From Patescibacteria group bacterium (GTDB lineage Bacteria > Patescibacteriota > Minisyncoccia > Minisyncoccales > UBA10102): a stretch of DNA of 64,000 bases. Position numbers and translations under genes: made by a program. Location of the stretch: NCBI GenBank assembly GCA_022563395.1, contig JADFNM010000001.1, positions 83,891 through 147,890 on the forward strand. The letters are read 5' to 3'. The notes under the pieces were generated by a model. It saw nothing but the letters and a program-made list of their open reading frames with translations, searched no databases and was not told where the DNA came from. This document shows positions 49,066 through 57,735 of this stretch, one piece after another (positions within the stretch are counted from its first letter, which is position 1; every line of letters begins with the position of its first letter).

Positions 49066-50123
49066 AAAAGATGCTGCGGAAGATATTGTCACATTTGGGT
49101 CAAGACATTGCCATTGATCTTGGAACGGCGAACTCGTTGGTATATGTACGGGATAGAGGCATTGTTATTCAAGAACCTTCAGTGGTTGCAGTAAACCAAA
49201 AAACCGGGCAGATTTTGGCGATTGGGAATGAGGCAAAGAACATGGTAGGGAGAACCCCATCCCACATTGTGGCAACGCGGCCTTTGGTAAAGGGAGTCAT
49301 CTCCGACTTTGAGGTAACAGAGCAAATGCTCAGGTACTTTATCAACAAAGTGGCACAAAGAAAGTTTCTGTTTTCTCCTGGCCCCCGGGTTATCATTGGC
49401 ATTCCCTTTGGTGTGACCGAGGTGGAAAAAAAGGCGGTGCGGGATGCTACCTTGCAAGCCGGAGCCCGAGAAGTCTATCTTATCGAAGAGCCCATGGCAG
49501 CTGCCATTGGATCTCGCCTTGCAGTACAAGAGGCCGGCGGCAACTTTATCGTAGACATTGGGGGAGGAACAGCTGAAGTTGCCATTATTTCTCTTGGCGG
49601 CATTGTACTTGCAAACTCTTTGCGGACCGCAGGCGACAAGTTAAATGAAGACATCATCCAATTTGCTCAGGACGAATACAAACTCCTTATCGGCGAACGT
49701 ACCGCAGAAAGTTTAAAAATAGGCATTGGCTCTGCTTACCCCTTAAAAGAAAAAAGAGAGATGCCGCTTCGGGGGCGTAACTTAGTGTCTGGGCTTCCCG
49801 AGGAAATTATGGTGTCAGATACAGTGATTCGAAAAGCAATGGAGCGCTCCGTGCGCCAGATTGTAGGGGAGATTAAAGCTGCCGTGGAGCAAACTCCTCC
49901 TGAGCTCTTAGCTGACATTATGGAAAAGGGCATCTACCTTTCTGGTGGTGGAGCTTTGCTGCGCGGTTTCGATACCTTAATTGCAAAAGAAACCAAGATT
50001 CCCACAACCACCGTAGAAGATCCTCTTACCGCCGTGGTTAGGGGTGCTGGCATGGTGCTGGAAAACCTGGATGAACTGCAAGAGGTATTGGTAGAAAGCG
50101 AAGAACTAGAACCACCCCACTAA
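49062..50123 (+). CDS. mreB: Rod shape-determining protein MreB, paralog 2
   Basis: AIDLGTAN, EEPMAAAIG, VDIGGGT. Confidence 0.95.
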   Translation: MKKMLRKILSHLGQDIAIDLGTANSLVYVRDRGIVIQEPSVVAVNQKTGQILAIGNEAKNMVGRTPSHIVATRPLVKGVISDFEVTEQMLRYFINKVAQRKFLFSPGPRVIIGIPFGVTEVEKKAVRDATLQAGAREVYLIEEPMAAAIGSRLAVQEAGGNFIVDIGGGTAEVAIISLGGIVLANSLRTAGDKLNEDIIQFAQDEYKLLIGERTAESLKIGIGSAYPLKEKREMPLRGRNLVSGLPEEIMVSDTVIRKAMERSVRQIVGEIKAAVEQTPPELLADIMEKGIYLSGGGALLRGFDTLIAKETKIPTTTVEDPLTAVVRGAGMVLENLDELQEVLVESEELEPPH

Positions 50124-50124
50124 C

Positions 50125-50424
50125 ATGATTGACAAAGAACAGGTTAAGCATATTGCAAAACTTGCCCGCCTCCAATTGAAAGAGGAAGAGGTTGCAGCAT
50201 ACCAACAGGATTTATCACAAATCCTAGATTATTTTGATATTTTAAAAGAAGTGAATACTGAAAACGTAGAACCCATGACCCACTCTATTCATCATGAAAA
50301 CATTATCCGGGAAGATGTTCCGCAAAGAGAAGACCCCGATGTTATCTTGCGTATGATGCAGTTGGTGCCAGCCATGAAAGATGGGTTCTTGAAGGTAAAA
50401 GAAATCTTGAAACGTGATGCATGA
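50125..50424 (+). CDS. gatC: Asp/Glu-tRNA amidotransferase subunit C
   Basis: VKHIAKLARL, VEPMTH. Confidence 0.92.
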   Translation: MIDKEQVKHIAKLARLQLKEEEVAAYQQDLSQILDYFDILKEVNTENVEPMTHSIHHENIIREDVPQREDPDVILRMMQLVPAMKDGFLKVKEILKRDA

Positions 50425-51833
50425 AACCTGAAACATTGACTATTGATTCTGTTCAGCGGGGTCTGCAAAAGAAAGAGTTTTCTGCGATAGAGCTTGCCGA
50501 AAGTGCGCTTAAGGAAACAGAGAAACAGGAACCAAATCTGCATGCTTTTTTAACCTTGACTCCAGAGCTCGCGCGAGCTTCTGCTCAGGCAACAGATGAA
50601 AAAATTGCAAGGGGAGAAGAACTGCCGCCTCTTTCTGGCGTTCCTTGTTCGGTAAAGGATGCAATCTTGGTTCAAGGAATAAGGTGTACTGCAGGGTCCC
50701 GTATGCTCGATAACTATATTGCCCCATATGATGCTGCCGCAGTGAAGAAGATAAAGGAAGCAGGAGCTGTGATAATTGGGAAAACCAACATGGATGAGTT
50801 TGGGATGGGGGCTTCCACAGAAAACTCTGCTTTTGGAGCAACTCATAACCCCGCTGATTTAGAACGGGTTCCGGGCGGCAGTTCTGGAGGGTCTGCAGCA
50901 TCAGTGGCGAGCGGAGAAGCCATGCTTTCTTTAGGAGCAGATACCGGCGGCTCTATTCGGCTGCCAGCTTCCTTTTGTGGGGTTGTTGGATTAAAACCAA
51001 CCTATGGGGCAGTTTCAAGAGCTGGTATCATTGCCTTGGCTTCCTCGCTGGATCAAGTTGGGCCTTTTGCAAGAACCACGAGAGATGTACAAATCTTGTT
51101 TGAAGCTATCCGCGGGAAAGATCCGAATGATGCGACAAGCGTGGATATTCCAGGAGGCGGAAAAGAAATGAACGTTAAAGATCTTCGCATTGGGATCCCT
51201 AAAGAATACTTTGCAGAGGGATTGGATCTTAAAGTGGAAAAACTCATACGAGCTGCCGTGCAAAAGTTTGAGAAAGCTGGTGCAAAGATAGTAGAGCTTG
51301 AGCTCCCGCATACTCAGTATGCCTTGGCTGCCTATTACGTAATCAATATGTCTGAGGCATCAGCAAACCTGGCTCGGTATGATGGCATTCGCTATGGACT
51401 CCACCAAGAAGCTCCTGATCTGTTCCAAGAGTATCTTGACTCTCGAGGCACCGGTCTTGGAACTGAAGTGAAGCGCAGGATTATGCTGGGTACTTATGCC
51501 CTTTCTCAAGGATACTACGATGCCTATTACGTGAAAGCGCAAAAGGTGCGCTCTCTGTTAAAACAGGATTTTGATAGTGCATTTGCCAAGGTAGATGTGA
51601 TTATGGGACCAGTATCTCCGGTTCTGCCTTTCAAATTGGGTGAACGAACTCAAAACCCATTGGCAATGTATTTAGTTGATATTTATACTGTTCCCGTGAA
51701 TTTGGTGGGGCTGCCTGGAATTTCTCTCCCGGCAGGAAAGGTCGGTAATCTTCCTGTTGGGCTTCAGGTCATAGCCCCAGCATTTCAAGAAAACTTGCTC
51801 TTTTCTGTGGGCAAAACCCTTGAGAACCTGTAA
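50421..51833 (+). CDS. gatA: Asp/Glu-tRNA amidotransferase subunit A
   Basis: GKTNMDEF, PGGSSGGS, DTGGSIR, RRIMLGTY. Confidence 0.96.
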   Translation: MKPETLTIDSVQRGLQKKEFSAIELAESALKETEKQEPNLHAFLTLTPELARASAQATDEKIARGEELPPLSGVPCSVKDAILVQGIRCTAGSRMLDNYIAPYDAAAVKKIKEAGAVIIGKTNMDEFGMGASTENSAFGATHNPADLERVPGGSSGGSAASVASGEAMLSLGADTGGSIRLPASFCGVVGLKPTYGAVSRAGIIALASSLDQVGPFARTTRDVQILFEAIRGKDPNDATSVDIPGGGKEMNVKDLRIGIPKEYFAEGLDLKVEKLIRAAVQKFEKAGAKIVELELPHTQYALAAYYVINMSEASANLARYDGIRYGLHQEAPDLFQEYLDSRGTGLGTEVKRRIMLGTYALSQGYYDAYYVKAQKVRSLLKQDFDSAFAKVDVIMGPVSPVLPFKLGERTQNPLAMYLVDIYTVPVNLVGLPGISLPAGKVGNLPVGLQVIAPAFQENLLFSVGKTLENL

Positions 51834-51844
51834 ACTGAAAGAAC

Positions 51845-52363
51845 ATGGAGGCATTGTTTGAAACACTTTCTATCGTGAATAATCCCGGGCTCCAACAGAT
51901 CCTTGTACCCTTGAGGTGGGCTCTTGGAGTTTTTGGAGTTCTTTTGCTTCTCTTTTCTGTGTTTGTGCTTTTGCGCACCATGTGGATGAAGTTTGCTTTT
52001 CTCTTTGATCTTACTGAGTTTTTTACTTTTCGGCCATATGGATTGCGCAGAGTAGTGGGGAAGTGGCAAAAGATTCAACGACGCTTGGAAACCGCAAATG
52101 AAGCAGAGTACAAGCTTGCTATTATTGAGGCAGACGGTATGTTAAACGATATTTTGCTTCGCATGAACTTTCGAGGAGAAACCCTGGGAGATCGCCTAAA
52201 GACTTTGACCACCTCAATCATCCCCAACTTAGATGATATATGGAAAGCGCACCAAACGCGAAACAATGTGGTGCATGATCCAGATTACCGATTGACCTTA
52301 GAGGAAGCACAGAGGACTCTTGAAATCTACCAAACTACCTTTACTAACCTTGACCTCATCTAA
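51845..52363 (+). CDS. Hypothetical membrane protein
   Basis: TM helix, LAIIEAD, GETLGDRL, AHQTRNNVVHD. Confidence 0.7.
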   Translation: MEALFETLSIVNNPGLQQILVPLRWALGVFGVLLLLFSVFVLLRTMWMKFAFLFDLTEFFTFRPYGLRRVVGKWQKIQRRLETANEAEYKLAIIEADGMLNDILLRMNFRGETLGDRLKTLTTSIIPNLDDIWKAHQTRNNVVHDPDYRLTLEEAQRTLEIYQTTFTNLDLI

Positions 52364-52522
52364 ACTTAGTCCTGCTAAGTTTGTATTCAACATAACCTTG
52401 ATTTGGTTTAGATTCTCTGGTATTGTAAAACGTACGATGGCTTATGCCAGGCCTTCGCCACTCGCCTTTACCGGCTGTAGCTTTAACTGGGCTTGCCCGC
52501 AAAAGCGGCTACGGCCTGCGAA

Positions 52523-52593
52523 GGCGGGGTAGTGGAGTAGTACCATGCGAGGCCCATAACCTTGTGACGCCGGTGCAATTCCGGCCCCCGCAA
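52523..52593 (+). tRNA. tRNA-Met(CAT), probable initiator, atypical
   Basis: 1:72 mismatch (G:A), anticodon arm cgagg-ccCATaa-ccttg, T arm gccgg-tgcaatt-ccggc. Confidence 0.8.
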
Positions 52594-52600
52594 CAAGTAT

Positions 52601-52674
52601 GTCGGGGTAGTTCAGCTGGTTAGAACGCCGCACTCATAAGGCGGAGGTCGTGAGTTCGAGTCTCACCCCCGGCA
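52601..52674 (+). tRNA. tRNA with CAT anticodon (elongator Met or Ile2)
   Basis: Cloverleaf with ctCATaa loop and GTTCGAG T loop. Confidence 0.88.
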
Positions 52675-52711
52675 CAAGTAAGAAAAATGCATCCTGCCAT
52701 GGCGGGCAAAG

Positions 52712-52786
52712 GCGGGCGTAGAGGAGCCTGGAGTCCTCGTCTCCCTGTCACGGAGAAAATCGCCGGTTCGAATCCGGTCGCCCGCG
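52712..52786 (+). tRNA. tRNA-Asp(GTC)
   Basis: tctcc-ctGTCac-ggaga, GTTCGAATC, G discriminator. Confidence 0.92.
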
Positions 52787-52813
52787 CCTAAAAACTTAAT
52801 CTCGCTTTGTTTT

Positions 52814-52860
52814 CCTTAGCAAAAACTAAGGGTGCTTTAATTTCATTTAGGAGATATGCG
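52814..52860 (+). repeat. Degenerate box pair between tRNA-Asp and pyrF
   Basis: ccttagcaaaaactaagg-gtg-ctttaatttcatttagg-agatatgcg. Confidence 0.8.
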
Positions 52861-52958
52861 ATTCTTTACGGGTTTGACAAAACTTGTGTTTCTGGTAAAA
52901 GGTGGGTAGCACCCTCAAATCTCATACGAGGGTTGATACTTGTCTGAGGAGAGACATC

Positions 52959-53819
52959 ATGACAACCCGACATTTCGGAGAACTTCTGGCAGCTCGCATG
53001 GAGGCTGGATTTGCGGTCTGTGTGGGTCTCGACAGCGACCATGCACGCCTCCCTGCGGTGGCAACCGACGTAAAAAACGTCGGGTGGCGGTCAAAGGGAA
53101 AGCAGATGCACTGGTTCAACTGCCATATCGTAGACGCGGTGGCAGACCTGGTAGTGTGTTTCAAGCCTAATGTCGCCTTCTATGAGGCGCACGCGGGTGG
53201 ATTCAGTGCCCTCCGAGAAACGATCCGCTACATCCACAAGCGGTTCTCGGACATCCCGGTAATCGTGGACGGCAAGCGCACCGACATCGGCAGCACGAAC
53301 AAGGGATACGTCCAATCCTTATTTGACTACCTTGAGGCCGATGCCATCACCATCAACCCGTACTTCGGCGCCGAAGCAGTGATGCCTTTCCTGGAACGGG
53401 AAGAAAAGGGTATCTTTGTCCTTTGCAGGACGTCGAACCCAGGAGCAGGCGAGTTCCAAGACCTCATGGTAGAAGTCGACATCGGGAAGATGCCCCTCTA
53501 CCAAGTGGTAGCAAGAAGGGTGGCAAACAACTGGAATGAACGGGGCAACTGTGGGTTGGTTGTTGGAGCAACTTACCCAGAAGAGCTTGTCCGGGTACGC
53601 CAACTTGTCGGTGACGATATACCCATTCTCGTTCCCGGCGTTGGAACCCAAGGAGGAAGTGTACAGGAAGTGGTAGCTGCCGGTAAGAAGAACCTGATCA
53701 TCAACTCGAGTAGCGCTGTCATCTTTGCCTCCAACGGTTCAGATTTTTATGGCGCAGCAAGAATCGTTACCCAGGAGCTCCACGATAAGACTCAAGCGGC
53801 ACACGCTGCCATGGCCTAG
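52959..53819 (+). CDS. pyrF: Orotidine-5'-phosphate decarboxylase
   Basis: CVGLD, KPNVAFYE, DGKRTDIGST, GATYP, PGVGTQGG; GAGGAG upstream. Confidence 0.94.
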   Translation: MTTRHFGELLAARMEAGFAVCVGLDSDHARLPAVATDVKNVGWRSKGKQMHWFNCHIVDAVADLVVCFKPNVAFYEAHAGGFSALRETIRYIHKRFSDIPVIVDGKRTDIGSTNKGYVQSLFDYLEADAITINPYFGAEAVMPFLEREEKGIFVLCRTSNPGAGEFQDLMVEVDIGKMPLYQVVARRVANNWNERGNCGLVVGATYPEELVRVRQLVGDDIPILVPGVGTQGGSVQEVVAAGKKNLIINSSSAVIFASNGSDFYGAARIVTQELHDKTQAAHAAMA

Positions 53820-53830
53820 AAAGGAGAGGC

Positions 53831-54433
53831 ATGCTTACAAGAGAACTGCTTGAGTCGATGGGCGCCATCCTGTCGGGACACTTCGTGTTTGCCTCGGGGC
53901 TTCACAGCAACACATACATCAACAAGGATGCCGTGCTCGTACGACCTCGTCTGCTCAACGATGTTGCCAAAGACATCGTTGCTCACTCTGGCCCGGATAT
54001 TCAGACGGTTGTCGCTCCTGAAAAGGGCGGCATCAAGCTTGTGCATGCTGTCGCCCAGGAATTGTGCCGTCTCATGGAGTCAGAGATATTCTCCCCATAT
54101 GCTGAACGAGGGGAGAATGACCGCTTCTACTTCAAGCGAGAACACGGCAAGTTTGTGGCGGGATACCAGGTGCTTGTTGTAGAAGATGTCATCACCACCG
54201 GAACTACGGTCCGCTCAGTCATTGATGCAGTGCGCGAGCTTGGCGGTACGGTCGTGGGTGTGGGCGTTATCTGCAATCGAGGCAAGGAAACTGCGCAGAC
54301 CCTGGGAGTTCCATGGCTGTATTCCGTACTCCAGATTCCCTTGCCGAACTGGGAAGCAATTTTATGCCCCCTCTGCCTACAGAGAATGCCGGTGAATACC
54401 GAGGTGGGGCATGGGTGGAAATTTGTTGCCTAG
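53831..54433 (+). CDS. pyrE: Orotate phosphoribosyltransferase
   Basis: GHFVFASGLHS, VVEDVITTG; AAGGAG upstream; adjacent to pyrF. Confidence 0.88.
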   Translation: MLTRELLESMGAILSGHFVFASGLHSNTYINKDAVLVRPRLLNDVAKDIVAHSGPDIQTVVAPEKGGIKLVHAVAQELCRLMESEIFSPYAERGENDRFYFKREHGKFVAGYQVLVVEDVITTGTTVRSVIDAVRELGGTVVGVGVICNRGKETAQTLGVPWLYSVLQIPLPNWEAILCPLCLQRMPVNTEVGHGWKFVA

Positions 54434-54472
54434 ATATCATAGTAATTCCTTGGGTAAAACCTGGGATTGCAA

Positions 54473-54505
54473 GCCGCTGAACATCTGTTCAGCGGCCTTT
54501 CTTTT
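54473..54505 (+). terminator. Intrinsic terminator after pyrE
   Basis: gccgctgaaca-tc-tgttcagcggc followed by T-rich tract. Confidence 0.8.
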
Positions 54506-54520
54506 CTTATTTCAATGGTT

Positions 54521-54588
54521 CCTAAATGAAATTAAGGATGCCTTAATCTCATTTAGGAGATATGCGGTTCTCATATTTTTGTGGATAA
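54521..54588 (+). repeat. Box pair downstream of pyrE, followed by a perfect DnaA box
   Basis: Boxes at 54521, 54541, agatatgcg; TGTGGATAA at 54580-54588. Confidence 0.9.
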
Positions 54589-54630
54589 CTTCCTCTTGAT
54601 TTTAAAGGGATTTTAAGGTAAAATTAAGCC

Positions 54631-55677
54631 ATGGTACATAGCCTCAAAGCCCTGGAAATAACGGCAAAAAAAGACATCAACAAGGCTAAAACCCTCAAAG
54701 CATTAGATGGGGTTTTTCGTGTGTATTTAGGTAAAAAAGGCGAGCTCACCCAGTTGTTAAAATCCCTTGCAAAGCTCAAGGTAACACAAAGAAAAAAACA
54801 GGGGAAAGCAGCTAACGCGCTAAAAGAAAAGATTCAAAAGTTGGTTCAGAACAAAACACAGGAATTACAAAAGAAAGAAGCTTCTGTTGTTGAACAAGGA
54901 GAGTGGCTGGACATTACAATGCCAGGGAGAAAGATTGAGCAAGGCCATGTGCATCCTTTAACGCAAGTGCACAGAAAAGCGCAGGAGATCTTTCGTTCTA
55001 TGGGTTTTGCGGTGGCCGAAGGACCAGAAGTTGAAAGCGAATGGTATAATTTTGATGCTTTGAATATGCCTCCTGACCACCCAGCAAGAGAAATGTGGGA
55101 TACCTTCTGGTTAAAACAAAAGGAGCGCTCAAAAAACACCAAGGAAAACTTTCTTTTGAGAACCCATACCAGCCCGGTACAGATTAGGTATATGCAGCAG
55201 CATAACCCACCCTTGCGCATTATTGCACCAGGTCGTGTGTTCCGTTATGAGGCGACAGACGCAAGGCATCAGATTAACTTTTACCAACTGGAAGGGCTTA
55301 TGGTGGGAAAAGATGTTTCGGTAGCCAATTTCCGTGCCATGATCCAAGAATTTTACCAAAAGTTCTTTGGAAAAAAGATTACGGTCAGGCTCCGCCCCAG
55401 CTATTTTCCCTTTACCGAGCCCTCTTTTGAAGTAGATATGACCTGTGTGGTGTGTATAGGAAAGGGATGCAGTTCTTGCGGCCACGGTGGATTCATGGAA
55501 ATGATGGGGGCTGGTATGGTGCATCCCAACGTATTCAAGGCAGCAGGATACAACCCCAAAAACTGGCAGGGTTTTGCCTTTGGCATGGGGATAGATAGGT
55601 TGGCAATGATGAAATACAAGGTGGAGGATATTCGCCTCTTTTATACCAAAGATCTAAGATTCCTCCAGCAATTCTAG
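54631..55677 (+). CDS. pheS: Phenylalanine-tRNA ligase alpha
   Basis: HPAREMWDTF, LRTHTSPVQ, YFPFTEPS. Confidence 0.97.
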   Translation: MVHSLKALEITAKKDINKAKTLKALDGVFRVYLGKKGELTQLLKSLAKLKVTQRKKQGKAANALKEKIQKLVQNKTQELQKKEASVVEQGEWLDITMPGRKIEQGHVHPLTQVHRKAQEIFRSMGFAVAEGPEVESEWYNFDALNMPPDHPAREMWDTFWLKQKERSKNTKENFLLRTHTSPVQIRYMQQHNPPLRIIAPGRVFRYEATDARHQINFYQLEGLMVGKDVSVANFRAMIQEFYQKFFGKKITVRLRPSYFPFTEPSFEVDMTCVVCIGKGCSSCGHGGFMEMMGAGMVHPNVFKAAGYNPKNWQGFAFGMGIDRLAMMKYKVEDIRLFYTKDLRFLQQF

Positions 55678-55678
55678 C

Positions 55679-57733
55679 ATGTTGTTTTCTGTAAACTGGC
55701 TCAAAGAACATATTCAAGGGCAACTTCCTGCCCCAGACAAACTGGAGCAGCTTTTGAATATGCATATTTTTGAGGTGGAAGGAAAGGAGCAAAAGAAAGG
55801 AGACTGGATATTTGATGTTGCTGTATTTACACACCGAGGAGATGCAGTTTCGCACCGCGGTTTAGCGCGTGAACTTGCGGCTCTCTTAGGCCGCCAGATG
55901 AAAAAGCTTCCTTTAAAACCCTTGAAAAAAGAAAGGGGGAGTTTGGCTCCTCTTAAAATAAAGGTTCAATCTCGCGCGGTATATCGATATTCTGCTTTGG
56001 TTTTTGAAGGGATTCGTATCAGCAAATCCCCTCAATGGCTTAGGGACCGCCTGGAATTACTGGGTATCAACTCCATTAATAATATAGTGGATGTCACCAA
56101 CTATGTCATGGCAGAGCTTGGCCAGCCCCTCCATGCTTTTGACTATGACACGCTGCGAGGTCACCAGATGATTGTTCGAGAAGCCAAAGAGGGAGAGAAG
56201 ATAGAGACCTTAGATGACCTTACCTTTACACTTTCCAAGGGAACCTTGGTTATTGAGGACAAAAATCGCTTAATTGATTTAGCTGGGATTAAAGGGGGAA
56301 AGTACAGCGGCATTAAGCGCAATACCAGGAATGTGGTACTCCAAGCAGCATCTTTTTCTGGAAAGCGCATCTACAAGACCAAAAAGCAGCTTGGGTACAC
56401 CACACCGGCAGCAGATATCTATATCCACGAACTGGATCCTAATGGCACGGTAGAGGCCTTAGAGCGTGCTGTAGAGCTTCTAAGCAAGTTAGGGAAGGTA
56501 AAGATTGTGCAGATGGTGGACGTATACCCTGAAAAGAGGATAGCAAAGAAACTCTTGTTTGACCCGACTTTATTAAAGCAATACCTTGGGGTCTCACTGC
56601 CAAAGACTGTTGTCACACAGATTTTGAAGCGCCTGGGATTTAAGGTGAAAAATCAAAGGAACAAATGGGAAGTCACCGTTCCCACATTTCGCCAGGATAT
56701 TACTTTGCCGGTAGACCTAATAGAAGAGGTGGCGCGTATGTACGGGTATGAAAAGATTGCCCCTGTCTTTCCCGTAACCTCGCTCTTGCCTTCAGTTGAA
56801 AATCCCGTTGTGCGCTTTAAAGAATGGGTACAGAACGCCTTGGTAGAGGCAGGGTTTACGGAAACATACAACTACTCTTTTATCGGGGAAAAAGACCTTG
56901 AAACATTTCAGTATGTTGCGAAAGATAGAGCAGCTCTGGTTGGGCTTCAAAACCCTTATAGTGAGGAGTACAAATACTTGCGCCAAAACCTCATAGAAAA
57001 CCTCTTGAAGGTAGCCGGAGAAAACACAAGACGTCTTGTGGGCAAAGACATTCGGGTATTTGAGCTGGGAAAGGCATTCCAAAACATAAAAGGAAAGATT
57101 GTAGAATGGCATCTTGCAACCGGTGTTCTTGCCCTATCAGAAATGAATGACCAGGTAGCATTCGCTGAAGCAAAAGGTGTGGTAGATTTTGTATTGAGCC
57201 GCCTTGGAATTGCAGGCTCTTGGTATGACAGCTTTGCCGCAACCCCATTGCACTCTCGAACCTCGCTATGGCATGAAAAGAAGGGGGCTGAAATAAAGGT
57301 TGGGCAAAAGAAGATTGGGTTTCTTGGTATTGTCGCCCCTAAAATTACAGCAAACCTGAAGCTCAAGGGAAGCTGCGCTGTTTTTTCCCTTAATATAGAA
57401 GAACTCTTGCCCTTGTTTGCGAAAGAACGTCAGTATCAAGCAATTCCTCGTTTTCCTGCGGTCTTGCGTGATCTTGCAATATTGGTTCCCCGCAGAACCA
57501 AGATAGTTGACGTCATGAATATTATGCATACTGCGGGAGCCGAGCTCCTTGAAGATATCGATCTTTTTGATATGTATGAGGGCGAGCATATCCCTGAAGG
57601 ACAAAAAAGCCTTGCCTTCCACTTAATCTACCAATCTCAACATCGAACCCTTACTGCAAAGGAGGCAGATAGCGTGCACCAAGAAATCATTTCAACCCTG
57701 GAAAAGAATCCCGCATGGGAAGTACGAAAGTAA
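55679..57733 (+). CDS. pheT: Phenylalanine-tRNA ligase beta (short, lacks B2 OB domain)
   Basis: NNIVDVTNY, GQPLHAFD, DLIEEVARMYGY, RDLA..KSLAF. Confidence 0.93.
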   Translation: MLFSVNWLKEHIQGQLPAPDKLEQLLNMHIFEVEGKEQKKGDWIFDVAVFTHRGDAVSHRGLARELAALLGRQMKKLPLKPLKKERGSLAPLKIKVQSRAVYRYSALVFEGIRISKSPQWLRDRLELLGINSINNIVDVTNYVMAELGQPLHAFDYDTLRGHQMIVREAKEGEKIETLDDLTFTLSKGTLVIEDKNRLIDLAGIKGGKYSGIKRNTRNVVLQAASFSGKRIYKTKKQLGYTTPAADIYIHELDPNGTVEALERAVELLSKLGKVKIVQMVDVYPEKRIAKKLLFDPTLLKQYLGVSLPKTVVTQILKRLGFKVKNQRNKWEVTVPTFRQDITLPVDLIEEVARMYGYEKIAPVFPVTSLLPSVENPVVRFKEWVQNALVEAGFTETYNYSFIGEKDLETFQYVAKDRAALVGLQNPYSEEYKYLRQNLIENLLKVAGENTRRLVGKDIRVFELGKAFQNIKGKIVEWHLATGVLALSEMNDQVAFAEAKGVVDFVLSRLGIAGSWYDSFAATPLHSRTSLWHEKKGAEIKVGQKKIGFLGIVAPKITANLKLKGSCAVFSLNIEELLPLFAKERQYQAIPRFPAVLRDLAILVPRRTKIVDVMNIMHTAGAELLEDIDLFDMYEGEHIPEGQKSLAFHLIYQSQHRTLTAKEADSVHQEIISTLEKNPAWEVRK

Positions 57734-57735
57734 GT

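Noticed and set aside
54580..54588. Replication origin
   Set aside because: Only isolated DnaA-like boxes; no cluster and no dnaA/dnaN in the window.
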